DNA of 61,604 nt, the filler included, from Globobulimina sp. (lineage: Eukaryota): NCBI GenBank assembly GCA_003354225.1. It is 22 parts of 22 records of this genome, joined end to end, with 100 filler letters (N's around TTAATTAATTAA, not from the genome) between each part and the next. Parts side by side here need not be neighbours in the genome. Positions count along the whole stretch, not along the records: positions 39,278 to 41,981 come from PIVH01005273.1; positions 42,082 to 44,785 come from PIVH01005274.1; positions 44,886 to 47,589 come from PIVH01005275.1; positions 47,690 to 50,392 come from PIVH01005276.1; positions 50,493 to 53,195 come from PIVH01005277.1; 17 more parts are not named here. One strand, written 5' to 3'. The notes beneath the pieces are model-generated. The model had not been told where the DNA came from. It searched no databases and saw only the letters and a list, made by a program, of their open reading frames with translations. A program made the position numbers and the translations under genes. The stretch's first letter is position 1, and every line of letters begins with the position of its first letter. Of the stretch, positions 39,278 through 50,517 are shown piece by piece.

Positions 39278-41515
39278 GCATTATTTAAGTATTGAAAAAA
39301 TCCGGCCGCTCCTCTATGCCTTTTAGCAAATTCATTGTGTTGCATCGTACCACATATCCATTGTTACGCGAACACCATCCAACCAATGACATATTGTCAA
39401 CTGATGAGTTTATCGATGTTGTACGCATTGAAAACACTGAAAAAACAAAAGAGATTCGCTTATTACGCAGGAATAATTTAGGAGGCATCGAGCGGCCGCC
39501 TTCATTGTCTGAAAACATTGACGCACCGTATCCGGCTTTAAAAATCATATCATTTGATAACAAATGGATTGATACAAAGAATTTGTTAAATGATATTGTA
39601 AATTTATTCTCTTGCTATACCATCAAAGATATATTCATCCCGGGACACATTCGTATGGCTTTTGTGACTTTTAATTCGCATAAAAACGCGCAAAATGCAG
39701 TGAAAAAGTTAAATAATACTTGGTTTTGTGGAAGAAAAGTTAATGTCTCACTCACTTTGCAAAATATAAATGACAATGATGAAGAGGTACGTATATAATA
39801 TATATGTTTTCCTTTTCTTCCACCTTTCGCAAAATCGCACATGTAAACGACAGAAAGTGTCGTTGTCATCGTCGCGCATTGTGATCAAAGCAATAAATAA
39901 TGTGATATCAGAGCAGCGTATCAAAGAATGGTTAGACAGTTATACCTCCGGCCGCATTATAGATAATATATTGACGTGTTACAATGAATGCCGTTGTGGC
40001 TCAGATATCGCTTACATACACTTCAAATCTGTCAAGATCATCCATGAGATATTGGGCAAAGAAAAGAAAAATAATTATTTGGTTAGCTTTCGAGGGAAAC
40101 ATATTAAATTTCTGTTGGTTGACGATGGATATACAGACAGTTGTTCTTATTATGTGATGAAAAAAACAAACTCAAATCACGCAAATATCAAAAATAATAA
40201 CGATGAGCATAAACAATGCAAATCCAAATCCAGCTTAAGGGCCATGGCCAAACTTAAAATCAATAGTAAAGCACCGCTGTTGCATGCCTTGTCAGTGCCG
40301 GATATGAACAAAAAACAGAATGATTCCATGCAATTATTGGTGATGAGACTAAAGTCATTGATGGAGAACACAGTGCAAACACAAAAAGACTTGGAACATA
40401 AAATAAAAGTCATCGGCAAAATCAATGGAGACAATAACAATATCGATCAAGACACTGACATTGCTTTTGGTGATGAATCGTTTACCATTTCGGCGATGAA
40501 GGACTCGCTGTTTCATCTCCAAAATGACGTGAAACAAATATGTGTATACAAACAGGCATTGACCGCCTTTGAAACCTCGCAATCGCGCGCCATCCATAAG
40601 AATCAAAGGGAGTTGAAACCGATTTGTGAGAAAGAAATACGTTTAGCCAAATCGTTGCAAACTGTCGACGGCGACATTGAGTCTTTAGAAAAGCAATTAT
40701 TATTAAAAAAAAAGGAACAAAATGTTATAAAATCGGACTTGGACATTACACGAATTAAAGTCAAGACATTGCGTAAAAGTATGAGCGACATGAAACATAA
40801 AATGGCGCCGATTAAACAGTGTTTGAATGAGAACAAAAATGTGAATCATGTGACGGAGCAGCAAATTGCTGAAATTGAGTCAAATTTGAAAATTGAGGAC
40901 AAAAATATTACGCATTGGCTCAAATGGAAGGAATGGAATCTGGCACAAGCTACAAAATGGATTGGTCGCTTAGAAAATGGCAAGTTTAAGCAACATTTGT
41001 CTAAATTTAATGCGTTGAGTAAGATATCACGAGGGTCGATTTTGAACGCAATCACGGACCCAACGCTGCAAATCATTGGCTTTGATGATGAAAAAGATCG
41101 GAAAATCATACTTAATAATATAGCACTGTTGAAATCACGTACGGCGATGATGAGGAAATCACAAAAATCATTTAATCAAAGAAATGAGGCCAATTCAAAT
41201 GGGAAACGCAGAAAATCTGTGTCGTCGCCCAATGTTTTAGGGGGCAAACAAAGTAGTAATGAGAGAGGAAAACGCCATGACCGACATAGTTTGGATGATA
41301 TTCAAGATTTGCTGCGGTCCGCATCGATGCAGTCAGAGAATTCAAACAATTTATGTGTTATTTGTATGGACAAAGAAATTGCGCCATATGCGATAGTTCC
41401 ATGCGGCCATCAATCTTTGTGCTCAATTTGTAAAAATTTAATTAAACCGAATAAACATAAATGTCCGATGTGTAATGGCAAAGTGACTATGATTATAAAA
41501 CTATTTAGAGCGTAA
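39278..41515 (+). CDS. RRM + RRM-like + coiled-coil + SAM + C3HC4 RING protein, 5' truncated
   Basis: RNP1-like MAFVTF and IAYIHF. Phase-0 intron 39787-39853. SAM-like WNLAQATKWI...LQIIGF...DRKIIL. RING CVIC...PCGH..LCSIC...CPMC. Confidence 0.8.
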
Positions 41516-41806
41516 TGTATGATCTGACGCTTGTTATTTTTGTTAATTTTCTTTGTCTCTTTTTGTTCTTTGTTATTATACAATTTCTTTTTTTTTCCAT
41601 CATTTTCTCTGATTTCAAACATAAATAATGAATCTGTATTTATTTTTTTGTTATTTTTTGTTAAATTAATCATTGTATGATCATGCACCATCGAACCAAT
41701 TATGGCGTATCGATTTGTGCAACAGACTCCATCCTTGCATCGTTATCTGGCGAGCGGACCGGAGCGGTCCCCGGATTTACGAAGCACAAGAAATTAAATT
41801 GAATTA

Positions 41807-41980
41807 TCAATAAATGAACGGAATTAATTTATATGTTTTCTTTGCATACTCTATATATTTCTCACCATACTTGTTTTCACAAAACTCTCTTAATTCTGGA
41901 GCTGATATTAAAGAGAAATTCGAGCAAAACATCGTAGACACACAACCAACAAACCATATATTTTGTGATATTAATGCAAG
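41807..41980 (-). CDS. C-terminus of a sterol reductase/ICMT-superfamily membrane enzyme
   Basis: Own translation: ...ELREFCENKYGEKYIEYAKKTYKLIPFIY*, the characteristic KYG..Y..Y...IP.IY ending. Confidence 0.7.
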   Translation of the reverse strand, partial: LALISQNIWFVGCVSTMFCSNFSLISAPELREFCENKYGEKYIEYAKKTYKLIPFIY

Positions 41981-42081
41981 ANNNNNNNNNNNNNNNNNNN
42001 NNNNNNNNNNNNNNNNNNNNNNNNNTTAATTAATTAANNNNNNNNNNNNNNNNNNNNNNNNNNNNNNNNNNNNNNNNNNNN

Positions 42082-42590
42082 GTGTCGGACCGCAAGCGCA
42101 TGGAACAGCAGATTCGTCAGTCCCAAAAGCTTGAATCCATAGGCCAATTATCATCTGGTATTGCTCATGAGTTAAATACACCCATACAATATATAGGAGA
42201 TAACACGAATTTTTTAAAAGAATCATTCCAAGATATGTGTACATGCTTAGATTCATATTCTAAGGTTTTTGAGGTAGCGAAGAATTCTAATATGGATCCA
42301 TCAATTCTCGAAACCGTAATATTGGCCGCAGAAACAGCAGATCTTGAATACATACAAGAGGAAATCCCCGCAGCGATTGAGCAAACACTTGAAGGGGTGA
42401 ATCGAATACAAAGAATAGTTAAAGCAATGAAAGTGTTTGCCCATCCAGGAGAAAATATTCATGTTCAAGCCAATTTAAATGAATGTATTAAAAGCACAAT
42501 TACGATATCTAAAAATGAATGGAAATATGTTGCAGACCTTTCACTAGATCTTGATTCAAATCTTCCACTAATAAATTGTGATCCAGGAGA
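42082..42590 (+). pseudogene. Bacterial sensor histidine kinase (NtrB-like HisKA), interrupted
   Basis: QSQKLESIGQLSSGIAHELNTPIQY H-box and NEWKYVA...INCDPGE. Similarity ends just before the expected N-box, at the IS boundary. Confidence 0.85.
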
Positions 42591-42673
42591 GTCACCATAC
42601 CTCCGGCAAAGCCGGAGGCTTGTATTGAGAACCGCTCAAAGCGGTCATAAAACCATGAACCACCTAAAGGTGG

Positions 42674-43102
42674 TCAAAACAATTTCAACTGGTCGATCCT
42701 TCGATCGGCATCTTCTTGTTTCTTAATGTATTGTTTTACTGTTTCTTCATCTCGGCCAACTGTTGATGCAAAGTAACCCCTGGCCCAAAAATTTTGACCT
42801 GTAAAATTGTGCTGGCGACCTGCATACGTTCTGGCAATATGTATTGCACTTTTCCCTTTAATATAACCGACAACCTGAGATACCGCATATTTCGGAGGAA
42901 TTGATATCAACAGATGAACATGATCACCCATTAAATGTCCTTCTATTATATTCGATTCTTTTTGCAATGCCAATTCTCTCAAAACTTCACCCAAATATTT
43001 TCTTAGACTACCGTATATCAATTTCTTTCTGTACTTTGGAATCCAAATCAGATGGTACTTGCAATCCCATGTTGTATGGCTTAGCTTATTATAGTTGTTC
43101 AT
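42674..43102 (-). CDS. tnpA: IS200-type Y1 (HUH) transposase
   Basis: YHLIWIPKYR, HUH motif DHVHL, KGKS, FWARGY and the catalytic YIKKQ helix. GGAG Shine-Dalgarno just upstream. Confidence 0.96.
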   Translation of the reverse strand: MNNYNKLSHTTWDCKYHLIWIPKYRKKLIYGSLRKYLGEVLRELALQKESNIIEGHLMGDHVHLLISIPPKYAVSQVVGYIKGKSAIHIARTYAGRQHNFTGQNFWARGYFASTVGRDEETVKQYIKKQEDADRRIDQLKLF

Positions 43103-43103
43103 C

Positions 43104-43154
43104 GAAAGTCTCCTCTTCTGTGATCTTTGAGCGGTTCACATTTTTGGAGACTTT
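43104..43154 (-). promoter_or_regulatory. Stem-loop sequestering the tnpA ribosome-binding site
   Basis: On the minus strand aaagtctcc pairs with ggagacttt (which contains the GGAG SD), and tgtga pairs with tcaca. Confidence 0.7.
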
Positions 43155-43303
43155 CTTATATTCCCGGAATTGTCAAACTCTGGGAGTCTCCCCGGCAAAG
43201 CCGGGGGCTTACTCAATATAGTTATTTTTTGCTTCGACAACTTAATATAACCTTTATTCATGGGCTTCCTCAAGCTTTTTTACTATATGTTTACTTCTTT
43301 TTT

Positions 43304-43807
43304 ATGCAATTTCAGGGTACCATTCTTAACCACTCCGTGTTTGAAGATGTCCGATTTGAAGACTGCTCCTTTGACATTTGCTTTATGGAGTACAGCCGTT
43401 TTATCAACTGTCAATTTTCCCGGGCCCGCATGACCCACTCCATTTTGACCTGTTCGGAGATCCACAGCTGTCTTTTCAACGATTGCGATCTCATAAGTGT
43501 AAATTTTAACGGTATTAAGGCGGAGAACATCAACAGGGAGGGATCGGATCTCTACTACTCCCAGTTCATATCTTCCGAACTCAGAGATGTGATCATACAC
43601 AACTACAACCTGACGCGAGTGGATTTCTCCCTTATGAGACAAAAGAATCTCACCGTGGAGAGTTCCAATATACAGGAAGCCTATATCGAAGTAAGGGCGA
43701 ATAGGCTCAATTGCCTTCTTTCTTGTCTTCTACTGGATAATCCTTTAGAAGAATGGTCTCTATTTCATCCCAGACAATTGTACTATCCAGGTCCATCAGT
43801 GTCTTAA
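43304..43807 (+). pseudogene. Pentapeptide-repeat protein remnant (bacterial)
   Basis: Five-residue periodicity (FEDVR FEDCS FDICF MEYSR FINCQ FSRAR MTHSI LTCSE) is lost after ~43690. No clear RBS. Confidence 0.65.
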
Positions 43808-44885
43808 GGCTTCTGTTTTTCTTATTTCTTAATGAGTTTTCGAAATCTAAAAAGGTTAGATTATTTTGTTTGGATTTGAATCTCATTTGGTAGTTCCATC
43901 AGTGATTTACGATTACTTTCTTATCTCATAAATAGATACTATATTCTATAATTTCTGTATGTTAATTTGATTACCTGGTGTACTTTTATTGATTTGCTTC
44001 AATTTTGTGTTTTTGAAGTAATTTCTGTTCTGAGTAAATCAAAGGTCTTGTCTCATAAAATTCGGGGACGAACCGGATTTACATTTTCTGCTGTTTGAAG
44101 GATAATCGCGGAGGATCACTGAGTTCTGATTTTAATAGGGTTTGCTATATGCAGGGGCAAACCACACATTAAATCTTTCGTTAACACCTTGTTGAGTTTG
44201 GTTGCGTAGCAAATTGTGCGATATGTTTACAGGAAACTTTAGTTTTAGGATAATCTCGAATATACTTCTATTCAATCATAGCAAAATCATTTCCAGACGG
44301 TTTTTATGAAATTCCACTTGCCTTGATTTTTATCCTAAGGTATAAAATCAGTAGTGTATTAAATGACAGATGTGGAACGTGTTTGTGATTTAAAGGCTTG
44401 CCAAGACAAGCTGACTGACATGTATAAAATGTTGTTTATCGCCAAAAACAATATCTTTGGATGGGGATTATCTTAGGCGAATGACAAATAGTATCCAAAG
44501 AAATTTTATAATTATTTCAAATCGTCTTTAACTTTTCGGCATTTCAGGCAAGCTATTCGACGGATAAAATTCTGTTTGGCATGTGACTTGCAAATACCCT
44601 TAAGCATTAACGTTCATGGCAGCGGGAAACAACTTTTCGAGGTCATCAACCAATGTTTTGAAATTTTTTTTAAGGAGAAAATACAAATGCTATATCAATG
44701 TCTACCCTACCCAATCAAAAAAAATATTACCGCACTCGCTATGCATTTGGTCATCACTGCAGTATTTTTTCGTCAGTGATGCACANNNNNNNNNNNNNNN
44801 NNNNNNNNNNNNNNNNNNNNNNNNNNNNNTTAATTAATTAANNNNNNNNNNNNNNNNNNNNNNNNNNNNNNNNNNNNNNNNNNNN

Positions 44886-47589
44886 TTCTCGACAGACGGA
44901 CTTGGAATATATCCCATTCCATTTTTCACAATGGGTGATGAATGACTCATACGCCATTTGTACGCTGCCCTTCGTAGCATACTCTCTGTTTCATCGCCAA
45001 ACTCTTCGTAACACTCTGATATCAATAATCTCTCGTCTTTATAGTTCATTATATCAAATCTATGGCGCAGAAACACTCTGATAACCAACATAAAAAAATC
45101 TTGTTCTGTCTCGGGCTCACACGCATCGCCACCAGCCACGCCTTCGTACAAATAAATGGCATCGTGACAGCCTTCAAATAATAATTTATTGCCTGTCATG
45201 TGTACACAAATGGTTTTATAAATATGCAAAATATATACACAAACAACAAACCTAAAATCAAATTCGTCAAATCGTTCGATGGAGTAAACACTTTCTTTTT
45301 TTTATTATTCTTTCTGCGCAATACTTCCTCGCACCAATGCTTTGCTAAATAGCCCGTCTTTGACAAATATAATATTCGTTTTGTCAATAGTTTATACTGT
45401 GATACTGCGCTGCTGCTGCAAATAAAATCATCTGTGTCACTCCTGTTGTGTCGAGCCAATATTAATTGAAATGCTTGCGCTGCTTCGGTGATCAAATCAT
45501 ACATGAACTTTTGCAAATTCTTTGGTTCATTTTTGATCAAATTCGTTTTTCAATCGTTTTTGAACCGAATAATATACAAACCTTTTCCACAATCTTGGCA
45601 ATATTCATTGATTGGGAGTTTACAAATCGTTGGTTGCATTGTATAGCTTTCGAATAATAATATTATATCATTTCGTAACACTTCCCTTTCATTTTGTTTG
45701 GCACTCCATTCATCGACACTCAATTTGTGCGGTTTCTGTGATTTGCTAAGCGACGGACATCGTTTATTGAATTTGTTCATATCTAATCTGATTTTGAGCG
45801 TGTCATTTTCAATGAAAATAGCCGATGTCAATGGATATAAATCTGTTATATCGTCGGGGATGATTTGGAGTGGTGTTTGCGATGATTGTAACGCATTGGT
45901 AACACTGGCAATGCATTTTAGTGCTCTCTGTTTCATCTCTTCTTTCTCGATGGGATGCCTCCATGGCTCGTGGCGATGCGTTTCATTGGCTAATATGTGT
46001 CAAAAACAATCCAAAAACGTTTACATTAATTGTTTGGATAAATAGTGTATACAAACCCGTGGTTATCATTGTGTAGGGCGAGCCAATATCACATAAAATA
46101 GCAATTCCAACCACTATTGCTGCACTTTCAGTGCGTTTTAACTGATTCAAATATTTCGTTTTCGTTTGGTTCAAAAACTGACTTTGTAATTCCGCGACAC
46201 TTATACTCTTATACTCGACACTGTCCATAATATATTTATTATTGCACAAATAATTTCTGTACACAAAATCAACCGAGGGCAACATCCAATATAAGTTGCT
46301 GTACGAAATCGTCTGCTTTTGAATCCATTTTGTAATAGACAAGGCAGGCGTGGACAGTGCTGCTATTCCCATTTTATTCCTGGACTGCAATGATATGATC
46401 GACCCATGATTCAATGGATTTATGATATATTTCACATTGATTAATATGCATTGAGCAAAATAAACGTCCTCATACACTCGTCCCCACATTAAATTATCAT
46501 TGTGACAGCTATCCATGAATGCCATCCAAAAATCACCGCTGTCTTTATCCCAGTTTGTTTCGATAATAGTCACAGTTCCATTGTCAAAATATTGGTTGTC
46601 AAATGCAATGGATTTCATTCTTGAGACTTCCATTTGGATATCGTTCAAAGGCACATTCATTTGCGCGTCTCTCTTCTTCTGGAAAGTGGTTTGAGCCACT
46701 CAGAAACGCGTTTATGTGTGTCTGAATATATTGGGAATTGATTGTTGATTGAATAAAATATGTTCATTTGCACGTTACATACATGTTTAGGCAGCTAATG
46801 TGATGTTGATGAGTCTGTTACCATGTTCGTGTCATCCTAAAGGGTACCAATGTTTAGGGTGGTGTATACAAATAACGGATGCATTTTTTCCATTACGCGG
46901 TGGTACATGTGCGAATATGCGTTGGTACCCTTCAGGGTAACACGAACATGAAGGGATTGCGACTGTTGTGAGTCTTGTGACTGGCAGGTTTTTTGTTTTG
47001 TTTTAAAAATCTCTGAAGCTACTAGTGGGACACGTCTCGTCACCGACAGCTAAGTTAAATCGATCAATATTCTTTCTGCAAAGAGGAAGAACTCAGTGGC
47101 AAAGTCAACGAGTTTATGTTTTGCTCAATATTCACTGACTCCATATGTTTGAATGTCACTGACTCCATTCACTTTTGATTGATTCAGATCAAACACAACC
47201 AAAATATCGCCAAATTCCACTGAATTCCGTGAATTGTGATCCAATAACGCAATCTCTTTGTTTTTATTTCCACTTTGGATCAATCCAAGAACCATTGACT
47301 CTGCACTCAAATCATATGCATTTGCGATAAATTTGCTCACTTTCGCATATTTGGAGTCCTTTTCATCAAACAATGCTCGAATGGGCAAATCACTTGCATT
47401 TGGCCAATACACACATTCACTCTCACTTCCCTCAATTTTGACAAAATAAATGTTCAAAAAGCGAGCATTATTTGACAATTGCGACAAAGGCTCATTCAAT
47501 GTTTGCACCAAAAGATTTGCCTCAGAATACCAGAATTTGTTCATGGCTGTTTGATTCATATTCCATGGCCTCAAAACTCCATTCTCGTC
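44886..47589 (-). CDS. Multi-exon hypothetical gene(s); exon structure partly unresolved
   Basis: Five or six co-oriented ORFs. Phase-compatible GTTTGT...AG introns near 46057-45991 and 45251-45193. The junction near 46700-46840 is unresolved. Confidence 0.5.
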
Positions 47590-47689
47590 NNNNNNNNNNN
47601 NNNNNNNNNNNNNNNNNNNNNNNNNNNNNNNNNTTAATTAATTAANNNNNNNNNNNNNNNNNNNNNNNNNNNNNNNNNNNNNNNNNNNN

Positions 47690-48067
47690 GAAAAGTATAT
47701 TATAATATCATTAGCTGCGACGCAAATAATTGATACAACGTCAATTGGACAAATTGTTACTTTATTTGGTAATGCCAGAAAAGCACATATTGCATTCACA
47801 TGTTGCAGACCAGATATTATTAACGTATTTGAACGATTTCAAGTGAAAAAGAAAGAATTTCCAAGTAATATTAACATGTTTGTTTCTACGCATGACGCTG
47901 TCACATATTTTCAGGATTTAATGGATGCGGAGGATATGGTGAATAGGACATCACCAAACATGAGGAGATCTAGAGGAGGGATTTTTAAATGTATCAGTTT
48001 TGAGACTTTGAGTGGGTTACAAAGTGAGTCCGAGTCACAAAGTGATAGTGATACTAATGACAATTGA
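47690..48067 (+). CDS. STAS-domain C-terminus of an SLC26/SulP-type anion transporter
   Basis: Open from the contig start: YIIISLAATQIIDTTS...IAFTCCRPDI...MFVSTHDAV. Confidence 0.75.
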   Translation, partial: EKYIIISLAATQIIDTTSIGQIVTLFGNARKAHIAFTCCRPDIINVFERFQVKKKEFPSNINMFVSTHDAVTYFQDLMDAEDMVNRTSPNMRRSRGGIFKCISFETLSGLQSESESQSDSDTNDN

Positions 48068-48206
48068 CCGCAAACCATTGTTTGAACTGTTATTTAATTT
48101 AAAGTCAATCATACAAATTACAAGTCTTTTTTTTCGAATTCCTGCTCGCATGAATTTTACAGAAACTTCGACTTTAAACAATGCATATCAGCGATATCAC
48201 AATCAA

Positions 48207-48584
48207 TCAATGAGTGTGTGTCGAATTTAACAAGTTATTGAACGATTGGAACTGTTGACTCCATGATACATTGGAAGTGTTTTGAGTGGAATGAAGTCTC
48301 CATAAATTATGTGTAGATTCCATACATTGCAATTCGTTTTCATCGCATAAACATAACATTTCACCATCAACGATTTCTAAATTATCATAATTAACGTCGT
48401 TATATGCAGATGTACTGAACCATCCTTTATATTTCCGCCGGTTATTTACATATTTTATTCCCAATTTTGTTCCTTGTCTTTGCTTATGCCGTCCGTGCAT
48501 TTTGCATGCTACATACAAATGTCCTCGACGACGTACAAAAAAACACCATGGACAGCGTCTGTTGATGGATACATGAACCTTCAT
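48207..48584 (-). CDS. rpl36: Nuclear-encoded organellar ribosomal protein bL36 with C-terminal extension
   Basis: [38 protein letters not shown]: CxxC...C...H zinc ribbon and KQRQG. Confidence 0.9.
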   Translation of the reverse strand: MKVHVSINRRCPWCFFVRRRGHLYVACKMHGRHKQRQGTKLGIKYVNNRRKYKGWFSTSAYNDVNYDNLEIVDGEMLCLCDENELQCMESTHNLWRLHSTQNTSNVSWSQQFQSFNNLLNSTHTH

Positions 48585-48701
48585 TGAAAAAAAACTGTCA
48601 CTTTCAAAATGAGCACAATCCCTCCCAGTAAATTATAAAAATCGAATAAAAAAAATGGGTCAAAATATAGTCAAAATGTTAATTTGAAAACAATATAAAA
48701 T

Positions 48702-50225
48702 TCATATGTGATCAAGGTATGATTGTAAACGAGTTGCATTTTTTTGCGGTAATTTTAATAATTCCAAATAATTATACATTTTTATAACGATCCGCATCAA
48801 CGCAGTTTCAATCCCTTTATAAATATAATTAATAATTTCATTTTTTACTCCTTTGGCCTTTTCCTGATAAATATCTTTGTAAACATTGCTCGCAATGAAT
48901 ATATCCAAAATATCCAAGCACTCCAATAAAACACACAATATATTCTCTAAACTTTCCTGTACATTTCCCATTTCATCCTCGTGCAAACTGTGCACCACTA
49001 AATGCGATAAGATATCCGCGGAATATATTAATTTATCATAATTGCTAAAAATTACATTGATCTCCGGTCTTAACACAAAATATTTATAATAGAATTTATT
49101 AAAAAAGGAGTTATTATACTTCTCATTTAATAATTTATATTTTTCGCCGTAAATATATTCATAAATAGATATTATAAATGCATTAAATTCATACAACAGC
49201 GTATCGGCAATAATATTAAAATAAACTTGTTTGGAATAGATAATTTTCCTTTGCTTTGCATCAAATTGAACGGTATCTAATAATTCAATCAATGAGAAAT
49301 AAAAAAACAACTCTGTCACATTTGCATTTGAATTAACACTTGCAATGTTTGAGTGAGTTAAGGATAATAAACGAATGTCAATGTTATATCGATTATTTTT
49401 GATTAAATTATTAATCAACGGATAGGTTATATGCTCAGTCAACAATCTGTTGACAATATTATGTCCCATCAAGTACAAAAAATTAATATTAAACGTTATG
49501 GCAAATAACGTACAAAAAATGTTTACTTTTGGGCTAATTATCAACATTAAAAGGCAATAAATTGTGCTTTGGATGACATTCGAGATAAATATTTTTAATA
49601 AGAGTTGTTTGAAAAATAGCGTACGATTTAATTGCATGGATTTGAAATAGATTTTATTGCAATTTATTAATTCATACGGAAAATATCCGTAAACGTAGGA
49701 TAATAAAAAAATGGAATACTGGAAAATTGTGTTATCACTGTTGAAATTTGCGGATATTGAGGTCGGTGACGATAGAAATGGGATTTCTAACCATTGCAAA
49801 TAGAATGAGCTAAAACATAATGCGCAAAATGGATAACTCATTAACGGGAATACAACGGACCATACTTTACTTTGTAATTTATGAGAATTATTTTGGTTTT
49901 TTAGAATGTTAAAATTTAATGAGTTTGCATATAAATGAATGGTGAAAATGGAAACCATACAAATTACATTCCATAAACCAGAAAATGAAAAATAATCAAA
50001 TTTTTGTAATCCACATAAATAAATCGGTAAATTAATTAAATAAATTCCGAACATACCAGATGCGAAAAAAAATAGTGCAATTGATGTGAATCGAACGGTT
50101 AATACTTGATTGCACCATTTGTGATAAATAATGAGTACATTTGGATATTCGTCGCCAATTAGTTGCTCAAGATTTGGTTTTGCAGCAACATAAGAATTTT
50201 TGTTGCTGCCCGTGTTCCAAGACAT
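48702..50225 (-). CDS. NDC1: Transmembrane nucleoporin NDC1-like
   Basis: About six N-terminal TM helices. C-terminal LVVHSLHEDEMGNVQESLENIL and TALMRIV...YL..L.L match NDC1 signatures. Confidence 0.75.
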   Translation of the reverse strand: MSWNTGSNKNSYVAAKPNLEQLIGDEYPNVLIIYHKWCNQVLTVRFTSIALFFFASGMFGIYLINLPIYLCGLQKFDYFSFSGLWNVICMVSIFTIHLYANSLNFNILKNQNNSHKLQSKVWSVVFPLMSYPFCALCFSSFYLQWLEIPFLSSPTSISANFNSDNTIFQYSIFLLSYVYGYFPYELINCNKIYFKSMQLNRTLFFKQLLLKIFISNVIQSTIYCLLMLIISPKVNIFCTLFAITFNINFLYLMGHNIVNRLLTEHITYPLINNLIKNNRYNIDIRLLSLTHSNIASVNSNANVTELFFYFSLIELLDTVQFDAKQRKIIYSKQVYFNIIADTLLYEFNAFIISIYEYIYGEKYKLLNEKYNNSFFNKFYYKYFVLRPEINVIFSNYDKLIYSADILSHLVVHSLHEDEMGNVQESLENILCVLLECLDILDIFIASNVYKDIYQEKAKGVKNEIINYIYKGIETALMRIVIKMYNYLELLKLPQKNATRLQSYLDHI

Positions 50226-50517
50226 GTCACTAAGCACAACTTCACTTTAAAAACTTTAATGCAAAATCAAATACAAAATGGTTCATTATCTTTTAACAAT
50301 TTACAATTGGCACATTACATTACAGATCGATGAATTGAGTTCACAACGATGTCCCATAAATCATATGTTGTTACATCAGGCAATGTTATAAANNNNNNNN
50401 NNNNNNNNNNNNNNNNNNNNNNNNNNNNNNNNNNNNTTAATTAATTAANNNNNNNNNNNNNNNNNNNNNNNNNNNNNNNNNNNNNNNNNNNNGATCAAGT
50501 TCAATATTAGACAAAAA

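Larger units (their letters stand above)
42591..43212 (-). mobile_element. IS200/IS605-family insertion sequence (tnpA only); ends approximate
   Basis: Y1 transposase flanked by matching subterminal hairpins cctccggc-aaa-gccggagg (42600-42618) and ccccggc-aaa-gccgggg (43190-43206), each followed by ctt. No tnpB. Confidence 0.9.

Noticed and set aside
42591-42726. C-terminal part of ORF 42082-42726 and N-terminal part of ORF 43127-43807
   Set aside because: These are read-through into IS end sequences, not real protein.
42591-43810. TnpB/IscB or other RNA-guided nuclease associated with the IS200 tnpA
   Set aside because: Both end hairpins closely flank tnpA. The neighbouring ORF is a pentapeptide repeat with no RuvC motifs.
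45480-47060. In-frame TAG/TGA codons suggesting stop-codon reassignment (47050, 46837, 46795, 45550; also 3466)
   Set aside because: Most coincide with plausible 3' splice sites or lie in phase-compatible introns, and TAG/TGA terminate conserved genes elsewhere (SEC11, NDC1). Splicing or pseudogenisation is the simpler explanation.
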